The notes under the pieces: generated by a model
Seen by the model: the letters and a program-made list of their open reading frames with translations, nothing else
What the model was told of the DNA's origin: nothing
Database searches by the model: none
In this document: positions 14,661 to 28,400 of the stretch, piece by piece
Position numbering within the stretch: the stretch's first letter is position 1
Layout: the number at the start of each line of letters is the position of its first letter
Position numbers and translations under genes: made by a program
Origin: Cenococcum geophilum
Lineage: Eukaryota
Assembly (NCBI GenBank): GCA_050273025.1
Contig: CP158635.1
Coordinates: 27,094,001-27,158,000, forward strand
Length of the DNA stretch: 64,000 nucleotides
Reading direction: 5' to 3'

Positions 14661-15656
14661 CGGAGTACCTACGGTACGCCTACGGCCCGTTAGAAGGCCG
14701 TACGGCTTATTATACGGCCTATTCTATAGACCGTAAGCTATTAGGTGGAAAATAGTAGAAAGCTGCAATGGAACTTAGTGGATTTACATAACCTGCTAAA
14801 TTCTACTATATTCTACTATAGTGGTTAAATCCACTAATTATAATTTTCTATGCCAGGCACGGAAAATCGCTATTAGCTTACTTAGTACTAGCGTCTTAGC
14901 AGCCTTTAAAATCTAACTTATAGCTCGTCTACTGCCCGTTAAAAGGCCGTATAGTTTATTTTATAGACCGTAAGCAGGACTTACGGCCAGCTTAAGGCAC
15001 CGTTTAGAAGGCAGCCTAAAAGGCACCTTAGGAGGAGTTTTTTATATATTTTCTTATATGTTTTATAGTTCTATTAAGGTAATTATAGAGGCTATATATA
15101 AGTGGTTTTATTTTCTAAGTACCGCTAGTATATAATTATAGCACCTAGTATATAAACGCGTAAATACGCGTTCGTGCACTAACTACCTACATACTAACTA
15201 ATTAGGGGGAAGGCGCGTTAGTATATAGACCACGTGGTCTACCTTAATAGAATCGACAGTCACCATCTAAACAAGTATACGATACTATACGTATTTCGTG
15301 CCCGTGGATACGACTCACTCGTACTATTAAGTTAGTACAAACAAATAATATTTATTTTGCTAGCCTTATAAATAGCTTTAAAATAGCTTTTATTTATTTA
15401 AAATATATTATTAGTATAAAAGAGGTAAATATAATTATGGTTGCTAAATGCGCAGATTACTGGCAGGCTGCGCGCAGGCTGCGTATTAAAAAAACACGAC
15501 ATAGGCTAGTCGGTCGAGTTGCCAAATGCCCTCAACTGCGCGCCAATTGCGTCAACCACCAACCATTGAGGCCATTTAAAGGGTACCATATTTTGCTAAT
15601 GCAAATGCGGCATTTAGAATTAAGTGTTAGTATTTAGCTACTAAGTGCTAACTATA

Positions 15657-15900
15657 AGATTACTAAGCATATATAAAAGTATAATTTTTATAATTTTAAT
15701 ATTTTATATACACTTTATTAATATTACTAAGCATATATAAATATATAATTTTCATAATTTTAATATTTTATATACACTTTATTAATATTACTAAGCATAT
15801 ATAAATGTATAATTTTTATAATTTTAATATTTTATATGCGCTTTATTAATATTACTAAGCATATAAAAAAGTATAATTTTTATAAATTTAATATTATTAA
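15657..15900. repeat. Tandem repeat, ~63-bp unit x ~4
   Basis: The unit tactaagcatatataaa.gtataattttta taattttaatattttatatacactttattaatat is repeated head to tail. Confidence 0.9.
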
Positions 15901-16338
15901 TAAAAATAATATATTTTATATTTTATATATATTTTTTATTAATATTAGTAAGTATAGGGGGCGGGGCGGCATTATAAAAAATTTACTAGTATCTTAAATT
16001 AGGTTTATGCTAATTAAGCAATTTTAGTATTTAGCCGCATTTAGTTATATTTTGCGGTTATATACTATACCGCTAATAATAATACTATAATTTGCGGCTA
16101 AACGCTACCTTAATAATAAAAGTACTGTAAGCTATAACTTAATACTCTCTTAGAAATAATAATACTAGAAATATTTTAGTTAACTAAGTTTACTATATAC
16201 GCTACGCTACTACCTATAAGTTATTAGAAGATATATCCCTTAGCCTATATATACGCCACTATATAATTATAACAGGTTTTACTATATAGCGGCTATATAT
16301 AATATTTGGAACTATCTACAGTTCTATTATACTCTTAT

Positions 16339-19300
16339 TGTTGGGAATAAAGGCAAGTAGTCACTATATAAGGCATATTGCCACCATATATGGCAAGTTG
16401 CCATTATATACGGCAAGTTGCCGTTACGTGCCGCTGTGGCACTAGCGTAGTAAGGAACCTTAAGTTCCTTACCCCTTTCTTTAAGAATTAATTAATAAGA
16501 ATAATAATTATTATACTATCTACGAACCGTAGCTACGTAATATCCCCTTATAAGTCCAACACTAATTAGTGGTTAACTTTACTATTATACTATAAAATAG
16601 CTAGGTATTACTAAGAAGAGACAAGCTACTGTACTAGTGCTACTTATACTAAAGGAAGCTGTCTTTTAAGGTTAGAATTAGTCCTAAACCTTAAATAAAA
16701 CTCTTTTACGAATCTAAGGATCTAAAGGCTAGAACTGGTCTTAAGCCTTTTTAAGATTATAGATTCTTGCGTTTATTACGCAGAATAATACGCTTTATAA
16801 GTCTTTACGATTTAAGGCTAAAACTAGTCCTAAGCCCTATAATCGTAAATATACGTTATAAACGCGTACTAAACGACAAATATATATTACGAACGCGTAT
16901 TAAATAATAATCCCTACGCTAACAACACTTCCCTCCCTCTAAAAATATGGCTACGCCTACTTTAAACAACTAAGAAGACTCCTTACTACTAGGGGTAGCT
17001 TTATACGCGAAACTTATTAATAAAAATTAGGACGAATTTACCTTTAATATAATAACTTATACCGTAAAATAAGTTAATAGCTTTCTCCTATACTATATTA
17101 TATTCTACTAAAGTAGACACTATACTAATATATAGCTATAGGAATATTTTAGGGAGGATTTTATAGGATGGACCGCTAACACCTAGGCACTTAGTAATGT
17201 TAATATTATTTAGGATTTTTAAGACTTTCTCCGTAGGAATAGGGTATATATTACTAAAAACGGTAATCTAATTGCTAGTAATATTTAGGCCGTTATTACT
17301 AATATAGAAGAACTAGTATAGATGGAAGCTAAAATTATACGTTAACTATAGAAACCTAGAACTAACCTATATTCTTTAGAAGGCAACTTTAATTTAGAAT
17401 AAAACCCCTAAAACGCTACTCTTTTACCTAAAGGTACTCTCTTATCTAGAGGTACTCGTTCTTTACCTTCGTTGCCTTTAGCTTCTCTACTCTAGCTAAC
17501 TAGTAACCCTCTACTATAAGAAGTTACGAATTTAATAAAGGTATATTTAGATAAAGAGAAGAAGTTTAGAGGAGAATTATATAATATACTTAGAGTAAAA
17601 CTATAGGTCTTTTATAACTATTGCAATAAGGTTAGAATTTAATGCTACTAGTACTACTACGCTTTCTCCATTATGTTAAAGGGACGGGCAGTAATATTCT
17701 ATTATAACTATATTATAGGTAAAAACTATAGCTTTAATATAATGCTTTAGCTTACTAGAGCCCACTTTAAGACTAATAAGAATTATTAACTTTATATATT
17801 TAAATAGCGAGAGACTATATTCTAGAGAGTTATTACTTTTAACCTAATAAAGATTTGTTTAGAGTGCCTTTAACTACTCTTTAATAAACTCTAGAAAATT
17901 TAATATAGACTTACTAAAACTTACTAAAATAAGAATAGCCTAAGGGACTAGGTTATTTTAGTATGCTATAGCGTTTCTAAGTATAACTTAGCGCTATATA
18001 AACCTATAGATATATTTAAAGGAGTATATACTAAGCTATGCTCTGTTATAGATACTGCAATATAAATATAAGAATCTTAATAGCTTTATACTAAAAGCCC
18101 TACCTAACTAAGCGTTCTTAACTAATATAATTATAACTAGACTAATTAAATATATAGCGGCCGTAGTAGGGAATATAGTAAAGGGTATAATTAACGTTAA
18201 CTATAAGGTAATTATAGAGGTCCTTATGGAGGTTTATTTTAAAGTAATTACTAAAAGAAGTGCTATATTTATAAGAAGCCAAATTACTAGTTAACTAGAT
18301 ACTCCCTTAATAAGCGAAAAGAGGCATATAATAAGTTCCGTTAGAGTATAAAAAACGTTAGAAATTATAAGGTTATTATAGCCTACTTTTAAAGCTTTTT
18401 AGTTTAATATAAAGGCGTAGAAGATCTTAAGGGTAAGGTTAATAAGACTAAATAGCTCCTTATAGATATAGAAATTAAGAACTACTTTCCTAACTAATAC
18501 TTCACTAAGTATAGTAAGGTAGATAGTATATAAACCGTCGCTGTTCTTAATAACTAATCTACACTCTATTCTATTATAAAGTTAGATATCTTTAATAAGC
18601 TAAAGGAGAGCTCCGCGTTCTCCTTTAATGATAGATACTTAGTAAATGTCTTTTATAGTATTATACTAGATACTAGAGCCGCAAGAGTATTTATAGTAAA
18701 AGAACCTTAAGTTTAAGCCCTTTAGCAGCTTAATAACTCTGTTTAGATTAACTATTTAACGGTAGGCTAATATATAATTTATTTTGGTAAGGGTACTATA
18801 ATTTCTCTTAGTACAATTAGGGTCTAAACCCCCTTAGGATATATTACTTTCTATATTATTTCTATAAATACTCCATTTCTATTTTGTATTAAAGATATAG
18901 ATAAATTAGGCGTTAGGCTTAATAACCTTAAGAATATACTTATTTAAGGAGATAATTAGGTGCCTATTATACGCAAGTAGGGTTACCCCTAGTTGCTCCT
19001 TTATTAACTAGAAAAGAGTATTACTTAAAGCTACTTAACTAAGTTGGAATTACGCTAACTGCACCGTTGTTTTAGCTACCTATCTATTTATTAATTACTT
19101 AGGGTTCTTTAGTAAGTAGGCTATAAAGTTAAAGTTAAGGCAATTAAGCATCTTATAAAGTATTACTATTACTACTAAATAAACTAAAAGTCCCCTAGCC
19201 GATTTAAGTTTACCCTTAAGGATAACTATAACTTTAATTTTTATATTATTATTAATGTTATATATCTTAGCGGTAAGCTAGTGCTCTAAGTTATTAACTT

Positions 19301-22300
19301 CTTAACCTTTTTTTAAGCCGTGCGTTTCTTAAAAAATATATTAGCTAGAAACGTATAGGAGACCCTTTAGTTATACTAGATTAATGTCTATTTAAGACCC
19401 CCTAATTAAATTATCTATAATATAGAAAAGAACTTTTTATTTATAGAGTTTTAATAATAGATAAAGGCAATAGTAATTAAGGTTAAGGAAGTCCCTATTA
19501 AGGCATATAATAGTATTAAAAAAGTGGAATAATATTATACGCCATTACGCCGCGTATATAAGATTATCTCTTTAAAACTAAAGGACGCTAGTAAAAAACT
19601 TACCTTATAAATAGCTATTAAAGCTATTAATAATTCTGCTAGCCTAAATAAACTTATACCTATATTACTAGTCTTTAGCGCCTACCCTTAAATAACTAAT
19701 AATTCTCTACTATCTCCCTCTATTATATAATAAGCTAAGGCTATTTATAAGGTAATAAAGAAGGTATAACGTCTCTACGCTATATACTAGGTTAATAATA
19801 TACTAGGAATAAGAAATGGCCTAAATACCTTAATTACGCTTAATCTGCCACTCTAGTCTAAAGTACGCGTATAGCGTAAAAAGGGAGGATAGTTAGGCCT
19901 ATATTAACTTATTATAATTAATAGTTAAACTTATACTATTTAGATGCCTTACGGACCTACTTAATTCCGTTTAACTATTATTAAGCCTTACTATAAAGAT
20001 AACAATTCTAAGCCTTTATAGGATGCCCTAGAAGAGGTCTTAGAATAAAACTATGATTAACATACTTTAAAAGACGACTATAATCCTAATATAATTGTAG
20101 TAGATATGCTATAACTATAACGCGGTAGAGGTCGCCTAAAGGGATTACGAAATTACTAATATCTTATTAATTTTAAAGAATAATTTGTTGCCGCTATTAA
20201 GAATAGAGTTAAGTTATTAATGGCCTTTATAATAGCTAAAGAGAAGGCTAACTTTAAGCTCGCAAAATAGCTTTAAAAGGAAGGTTATATTATAACCCTA
20301 GGAGCTTCTTTCTAAGTATTTAATAAGTAGGAGATTAACGGTCTTATTATAAGAGGAGTCTTTAAATTTAAGAAGTATAACCCTACTAAGTTTAATAAAG
20401 TTTATATCTTTAAGTTAAGAATAGTTAATAAGATTAAAGGTAAAGCTACTAACGCCCTATTTAAGAAATTAAGGCTTATTATTTAAGGTTATAACGATAA
20501 TAGTAAGGAGGTAATTCTTATATAATCTCCTATAATTTAACGAGCTAGTTAGTAAGTTATTATTGCGCTAGCTCCCTCCTTAATAAAGAATAAAATGGCG
20601 GTTTATTTATAAGATATTACTTAAGCCTATACCTAATTAGAGACGCACCTTTAGCGCTTAATATTAGTATACCTTCTAGAGTAAATTCGCCACTAGTATC
20701 CTAAAGATACGATTATGGTTATACTTAAGCCATTATATAGAATTGTAGAGGTAGGAATTTACTAGTAGGCTACCTACAGCAAGCACTATAAAGAGAAGCT
20801 TTTAATAACTACTTCTATATTTAATCCCTGCTTCCTTATTATAACTATAGGAACTTTATTTAAAATTATTAGTATATAAACTAATAATATAATTATTTTA
20901 GGGGATAACCAATTCTTAGCTTTTAAAGAAGATGAGCTAATAAAGGTAAATCTTATAGTAAAGCTAAAAGAAAAGCTTAATTTAATAACACTATTACTCT
21001 TTAATAAATACATCCTCTCCCTAAATAAGGATTCTATTGCTTTACGCTAGAAGGGTTAAGGTAAGAAGATTAACGTTATTAACGTTAATTCCCTAAAGTA
21101 AGGATATATAGAGTAACGCGCTTGCGGAGCTTATATTACTTCTATCTATTAACCTAAGGCTTTATTTAATCTCTCTGTTACTACTTAATACTAGGAACTA
21201 ACTAAGGATAACGTTTTTGCCCTAAATAAATGTTTTTCCTAGTAAATAAACTATCTTAATTAGGGACTACTTTATATACCTATTAATCTTCCTACCGCTA
21301 AGCTCTTTATATTTATTAATAGATTATTTATAAATAATAAAGATTTTAGCTCCTAGTTAGAATATAAAATTATTATTATAAGTGAATTTACTAGAGAGAA
21401 TAACTTTATAATTTATAGTAATCTTATCTATTAGAGCTTAACTAAGAGTAAGCGCGTTACCTAAAGTATTTTAGCGTTAAAGATATATAAAATAGTTGGC
21501 GGAGTTAATATAGTAATTGCAATTGGAACTACCCTAAAGATAATTATAGATTAACTTAAACTTCCTGTTATCCCTATAATTATATATACCGACTTATATT
21601 CCCTTTATAAGTATTTAGTTAAGCTTAGTACTATAAAAGAGAAGCGCCTTATAATTAATATTATAGTACTTTAGTAATCCTATAAGCGTTAAAAACTCTT
21701 TAAAATTTAATAAATTAATGGCTAAGATAACCTAGTAGATGTAATAATAAAGGCGAACCTAAATAAGGCACTAGAGACGTTTGTTAATATAAATACTCTA
21801 TATATATAAGTTAAAGGTTAGGTTAAAAGGGAGTCCTTAGAAATTTTATAGTTATATAAGGTCTTAAGATATTTAGGAACTTTAACTAGCGGTTAAAGTT
21901 ATCTAATTAGTTAGATTCTCTTACTAAAACTTTTTTAGAGGGGAAGCCTAACTTAATCTAGCTAATTAGGATTTTCTATCCCTAGGATAGAAAATCGCTA
22001 TTAGCTTACTTACTACTAGCGCCTTAACGGCCTTGTGAACATAATATTTACCTATAACTCCTAAGTAAGAAAGCACTACGTGTTAAGAGGCAAATTTTAG
22101 AATAGCGAGACTTATATTATAATAGCAATAGTAAGTAAGGAGGATTAATATTTATTATACTAGTTAAGCGGTATATATATATAGATGGCAACTATAAAAG
22201 AAGAGTTGCTAGTGTTAGAAATAAAGGCAAGTAGTTACTATATAAGGTATATTACTACCATATATAGCAAGTTGCCGTTACATACGGCAAGTTGCCGTCA

Positions 22301-22433
22301 CGTGCCGTCGCGGCACTAGTGGTGAGGAACCTTAAGTTCCTTACCCCTTTCTTTAAGAATTAATTAATAAGAATAATAATTATCATACTATCTATGAACC
22401 GTAGCTACGTAATATCCCCTTATAAGTCTAACA
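16339..22433 (+). mobile_element. Ty1/copia LTR retrotransposon B (RIP-inactivated)
   Basis: LTRs 16339-16561 and 22213-22433 (TG..CA). TSD cttat at 16334-16338 and 22434-22438. Polyprotein ~16947-21840 with PDTGAA, LHRRF.HP, KSRLVIQGY and SKRVTRSVLASE motifs. Confidence 0.95.
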
Positions 22434-22449
22434 CTTATAATTATTACTA

Positions 22450-25400
22450 GTATTAAATAGTCTTAGTGTCTTCCTTCTTGCCTTAGCCTACTTTTAAGCT
22501 TAAATTAGCCTTCTCCTTATATACCAACTTATGCAGTAACAACGTAAATTTAGTTAACTTTAATATCCTCTATTTAATACTCGACTTCTAATTAGCTATA
22601 ATAATACTATGGTAGACGGGCTTAGTCTATCCTTATTAATCTATTTAAGTAAATAGTTGCTTTACCTCTAAAAGCTTATAGCTTAGCTTAACTATAATAG
22701 TATAATTTATGCGCTATAGGTTAATAGACAGCCTAATTAATATAAAGGTATAAAGTAGGATCTACTTAGAGTTATTAGTATTAAAGGTTTACCTAGCCTT
22801 AGCTTTTTTAATATTAGATATATTAGCTATATAACTGTTACGGAACCCTACCGCAGAGGCCTCCATAGGAGAGCCCCGTACTCTTATATACACCTCGCGT
22901 ATAGCTTATATCAGCTACGCGTAGGTATATCACCTCCTTACGCCCTTGACCCTTACGATCGATCGCATAACGTCTTATAGACTCCTTAAATACATACGTC
23001 TTATAGCCACTACCCCGTCCCATGACATTACGTTGCGCCTTTTTACCACCAACACCTAGCCTATAACTAATTCTACATCTCTGCAATACTATAGGCGCTA
23101 CTAGAAGCAGCGTGCCTATAAGTTACCTCACTTTATACTTCTAAGGAACCTATAATAGTAAGATGATATTCCTTACTAGCTACTATATTAAACCTAAAGA
23201 ATAATCCAATACCTATACTTAACCTATAACGCCAATCAATCCTAGGAGAATTTAATTTATTAGCCCTAGCCTTAACCCCTAAGGAGATAGACACTAATAA
23301 TGTCTTATCTTTTATTAACTATATAACTACGGACAAGCAAGCGGAAGGGCTACTACCTATTAAAATTAAAATACGAGACGCTGAGACGTTTGTAAAAATG
23401 GTAGCACGAGAACCTAATAAATACTACCGCCTTCTATAGAACTACTACCTAAAGCTTATACAAGCTAAGATGCGTACTGCCTAAGATTGTGATATTATCC
23501 AAGACCTACAAGCTCGCGAGGCACTTACTAACAACACGCGTTAAGAAACTAAAGACGACCTCCGCGTGTCTAAACGCGACATCTAATAGTTAAAGAAGGC
23601 TAAAATCGCACTTATTGCTACGGTCACTAAAAGAGAAGGCATAATTAAATATCTACAATCTTAGCTTAACGAGTACATTTATAACAACGCTAGATATCTC
23701 TCTACTATATATAACGCCACTTAAGTCTCTACGCCCCCGGCAACTTTACCTACTTAACGCTTAACAGAGGGTCAGTACTAAGCAGCCTTACCTAATAGGA
23801 ACCCCTACTAAAGTAATAATGAAAGCTATAATGACTAAACCTAAGCTACTACCGTAGGGTCTAATATACATTACTCTAATCCCCTAGTTTTCTAGGGAGA
23901 CCGTAAAGAATATAGCCACTAAAAGATGTAAATCCGCAAGAAACTAACTTAGAGCGCCTGCCTTTTTCCTACAAAAGATACTAAGATTGGCTACATTATC
24001 GGGCGAATAAAGGGTATACTATTTAATAGACTCTTTACCTAATGGGAGACTAATAGCCCCTAGAAGTAGCAGTCCTACTAAAAAGTCCTTAATAATCTTA
24101 ACCTAATATACCACGACTATAACCTACTAGCCACCAACTAAGCTAAACTACGTGCCCTAAAGATAAGCCCTACTAAATTATTTAATAAGTTCTATGTTAA
24201 ATTTTAGGAATATACTAGAGCCCTCGCCCAAGACAATACTAAAGACCAGGAAGATCTCCTTAAAAAAGTCACTTATTGCCTTAGTTACGCAGCCGCCAGC
24301 TATAACTATAATAATATTTATAATATAGTAGCAGCTATACGGAAGATTAAACGATAATTAAATTAGATTGCTACTATAAACCCTTACCCGAAGACCTCCC
24401 TATAGAAGCCCTTCGGACCTACTAAACTACTAACGCCTATTACCCTAAGCAACACTACTAGTCCTAATATTGACCTTTCTATACTAACCTTCCCGTAGAA
24501 GCTACTAGATAAAAAACGCGAGCTACTTTAGAAGCTAAAACGTTGCTATAGATATTATTAAGAAGGCTGTTATAGCTATAGCCTAAACTATCTAATAGCT
24601 AGGTTTAGCAGCCGCCGCCTAATACCTAACCTAGTACCTTAAACACTAAATATGTTGCTATATGCCACTACTATATAAGATAAAGACGTAGTAATAGCAG
24701 TAGAGTTGGATACGGAAACAGAAAACGCCAAGTCCTAGCCCTAAGTCGTAGGTTAGGACGCCCTAACGATAAGGGGATCTATATATCGGCCTGCTTAATA
24801 AATAACTTAGTAAAGATAAATAGACGGAAATAGATAGTTTTACCCGTAATAGGAACTACTGCTAAAAAATAATATAAAAGCCGTTCTATAATTAATTACG
24901 GAGCTATTAATAAATTTATAGATACCTAATTTATATATACTTATAACCTACCTACCTTACCCCTTACTAAAGCCCGCGCCCTATAACTCGCCGACGGTAG
25001 TTATACTATATAGAAGATTACCTATATAGCATAACTCTACCTAGACATAAATAGGCACCAGGAAGAACTCTAGGCCTATATTATACCACTTACTAACTAC
25101 CCTATTATCCTTAGAATAAACTAGCTCAAATAATATAACCCTACCATTAACTGGAAAAAGAGAGAAGTAACCTTTAACTCTAAATACTATAAAGAGACCT
25201 ACCTAGGACATGGCCTAGCCGCCTTTATTTACTCCCTAGGATACCAACCTAAGGAACCCCTTATTACCCTACCCACGACCAACTGCTACTATATAAGTGC
25301 CGCGGCCTTCTACTATATAGCACGTAGGAAAGGCTGGACCGTTACCGTAGCCTTTTAATTACAACTATATAAGCTTAATAAAGAACAGGACTATATCCTC

Positions 25401-28400
25401 TATAGTAACAGAATAGATATAGTTAACCTCCTAAAAAATAATGCCCCCACAAAACTCTACGGACTTTTACCTTTAGACTTTAAGAAGTTTATAAAGCTTA
25501 AAAAAGGACTTACTAATAAGGAACTCCGCAAGCTCCTCCCTAAGAGGTACTATAACTTTATTAATGTATACTTACAAAAGAGCGTAGATATACTCCCCCT
25601 ATATTAACCTAATAACTATACCATTAATATTAAATAAGGAAAAACGCTACCCTATAAGAGACCCTACCTAATATTAAAAGACGAACTTCTAGTTATTAAA
25701 AAGTATATTAACGAACACCTTAATAAAGGGTTTATTCGCCCTAGCATATCCCTAGCAGCCGCCCCTATCCTCCTTACTAAGAAGCTAAAAGGAGGTATTT
25801 AATTCTACGTTAACTATAGAGGACTTAATACTATTACAATTAAGAACTAATACCCTATACCGCTTATATATAAGACTCTTAAGCGGCTTAGCTAAGCCAA
25901 AATCTATACTAAGCTTAATATTATTGCCGCCTTTAACCGCCTCTAAATATAAGAAGGTAATAAATGGAAAACCGCATTCGCATCGCACTTTAGCTAATTT
26001 AAATATACCGTTATACCCTTTAGCGTATATAACGGCCTAGGCAGCTTTTAAAGCTATATTAATAACACCTTACGGGACTACCTTAACGACTTCTACTCTA
26101 CGTACCTGGACGATATACTTATTTATAGCAATAACCCTTTTAAGTATACCGAGTACGTTCAAAAGGTCCTACAGCGCCTTAGGGACGTAGGACTTTATAT
26201 TAATTTAAAGAAGTATAAATTCTTAGTTATAGAAGTAAAATACCTTAGACTAATTATTACTATTAAGGGTGTCCGTATGGACCCTAAGAAGGTATATATA
26301 ATTACTAAATAGCAAATCCCTAACTGTATTAAAGACGTATAAGCTTTCCTTAGTTTCGCTAACTTCTATCAAAAATTCATATATAACTTCTTAGGTGTTA
26401 TAGCACTACTTATAGCAATAATATAAACAAAGGGCCTTTCCGCAAAAGGAAGAAAAATATATCTATATTTTATCTAGACGCCTAAATATAAGAAGGCGTT
26501 CTAAGACCTTAAAGATGCTTTTACTAAAGCACCTATCCTAGCTTACTTTATACCAGGATAATAACTCTATCTTAAGACTGACTCCTTAAACCACGTTAAC
26601 GTAGGCATCCTCTCCTAGATAGGCGACGACGGTCTCCTCCACCTAGTTGCATTCTATTTATCTAAGCTTATACTATAAGAATGTAACTATAAGATCTATA
26701 ATAAGGAACTTCTTATAATTATATAAGCGTTTAAGGAATTCTAACCGGAACTCTCCTTAGTAGAACTTAACTAGCTAACTAAAGTCCTTATGGATTATCG
26801 CAACCTTAAGTACTTTATAACTATAAAATAGCTAAACTAACGCCAAGCACGTTAGAACGAGTTCCTCTCTAGTTTTAACTTTAAAATTGCATATAGGCTA
26901 GAAGTATAAGGTACTAAGCCTAATAGCCTAATACGCCGCTTATAAGACCTTCCTTAGTCTAAAAATAACCCCTATAACTAGTTCTAATAATAGACAATCC
27001 TAAAAGCACGGAATTTGGCCCTAGGTATACTACCTATAATAGAGCTAACTATACCTTAGCTCTATACTATAGAACTAGAATTACCTCCTAAAATTAATAA
27101 GCTTATTACTATAGTATATAACACCTCTGTTAACCTATTACTATATTAACTTATTGCCGCAAAGACCGCTAGCGCCCGTACGCTGCTAACTAAACTCTAA
27201 AGCTTAGGCTAGATTAATATAGCAGCCTTAAAAGTAAAAGAGAACAGGCTCTATTATAGAGGCTGTCTATTTATCCCTAACTTAGAAAATCTATAATAGC
27301 AACTAATCCAAATAGCCTATAACCTCCGATTAAGCGGCTACCTAGGCAAAGGAGGAACCTATAAGCTTCTTAGCCGATATTACTTCTAGCCTAAAATAAT
27401 AGACTTAGTTAAATGCTTTATAGGCGCCTGCCACGGTTATAAGCGCGCTAAGGCCTTTAATATAAAGTACTAAGGACTACTACACCCTCTACTAGTACCT
27501 ATATAACAATAGGCAGATATCGCTATAGATTTCGTTATTAACCTACTACCCTATAAGCGACATGGCCGTACTTATAAGAACATCCTTATAATAATATACC
27601 AACTTATAAAAGAGCGCCACTACGTCCTAACTAAAGGCGTAGCCGTTAGCAACGTTACTAATACCTTCCTCCGCGAAATCTACTGATTATATGGGTTACC
27701 TAACTCAATTACATCCGACTAAGGTATATAGTTCGGCTCTAATATATAGAGACAAATCTGCTAACGCCTTGGCATCTCTATTAAGATATCTATATCCTTC
27801 TACTATAAAACTACTAGGCAACTAGAAAACGCTAATGCTAGCATAAAAGCGTACCTATAATAGGTAGTTGCCTATAGTTAAGATAACTGGGTAGATCACC
27901 TCCTACTAGGTAAATTTATAGCGAATAACTACGTCTTAACTACTATAGGACTTACCCCGTTCTTCGCGAATAAGGAATATTATCCCTAATCCGGCATAGA
28001 ACTACTAGAACCTATTAATAAGAAACTGCTATATAGAAAACGCCTTAAGATATTACTTACCAACTAGTATACAGACCGCATGAAAAATCTACTTAACTAC
28101 TACAAGGGAGAAATGGCCTAGGCTTAAGCAAAGCAGGCTTACTTTGCCGACCGTTATAGAACGCCACCACTAAAGATACGTATTAGCAACTAGGTATAGC
28201 TAAATGCACGTAATATCTCTACATAGAGGCCTATAAAGTCACTTAATTATAAGAACCTCGGCCCTTACCTAATTAAACGAGTTATTAATAGGGGAGCCAT
28301 ATACGAGCTAGAGCTCCTACCTACCCTAGCTACCCGCGGGATATAGCCTATATTTTACCTATGGCTACTACACCTTCACCAGCCTAACCCCTTACCGGGG

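Larger units (their letters stand above)
525..15343 (+). mobile_element. Ty1/copia LTR retrotransposon A (RIP-inactivated), with a nested gypsy and a nested LINE
   Basis: 215-bp LTRs: 5' LTR 525-609 plus 6646-6775 (split by the gypsy), 3' LTR 15129-15343. TSD aataa at 520-524 and 15344-15348. Domain order gag-PR-INT-RT-RH. Confidence 0.95.

Noticed and set aside
15437..15637. 66-aa ORF in a GC-richer patch
   Set aside because: It has no recognisable motif and overlaps the AAATGC motif cluster, which is better explained as non-coding terminal sequence.
20786..21013. Similar ORFs here and at 35326..35511 suggesting a gene family
   Set aside because: Both are antisense to the copia RT in the inverted copies B and C.
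22838..23086. Duplicated ORF (also 28990..29175)
   Set aside because: It is a chance frame across the gypsy 2 LTRs.
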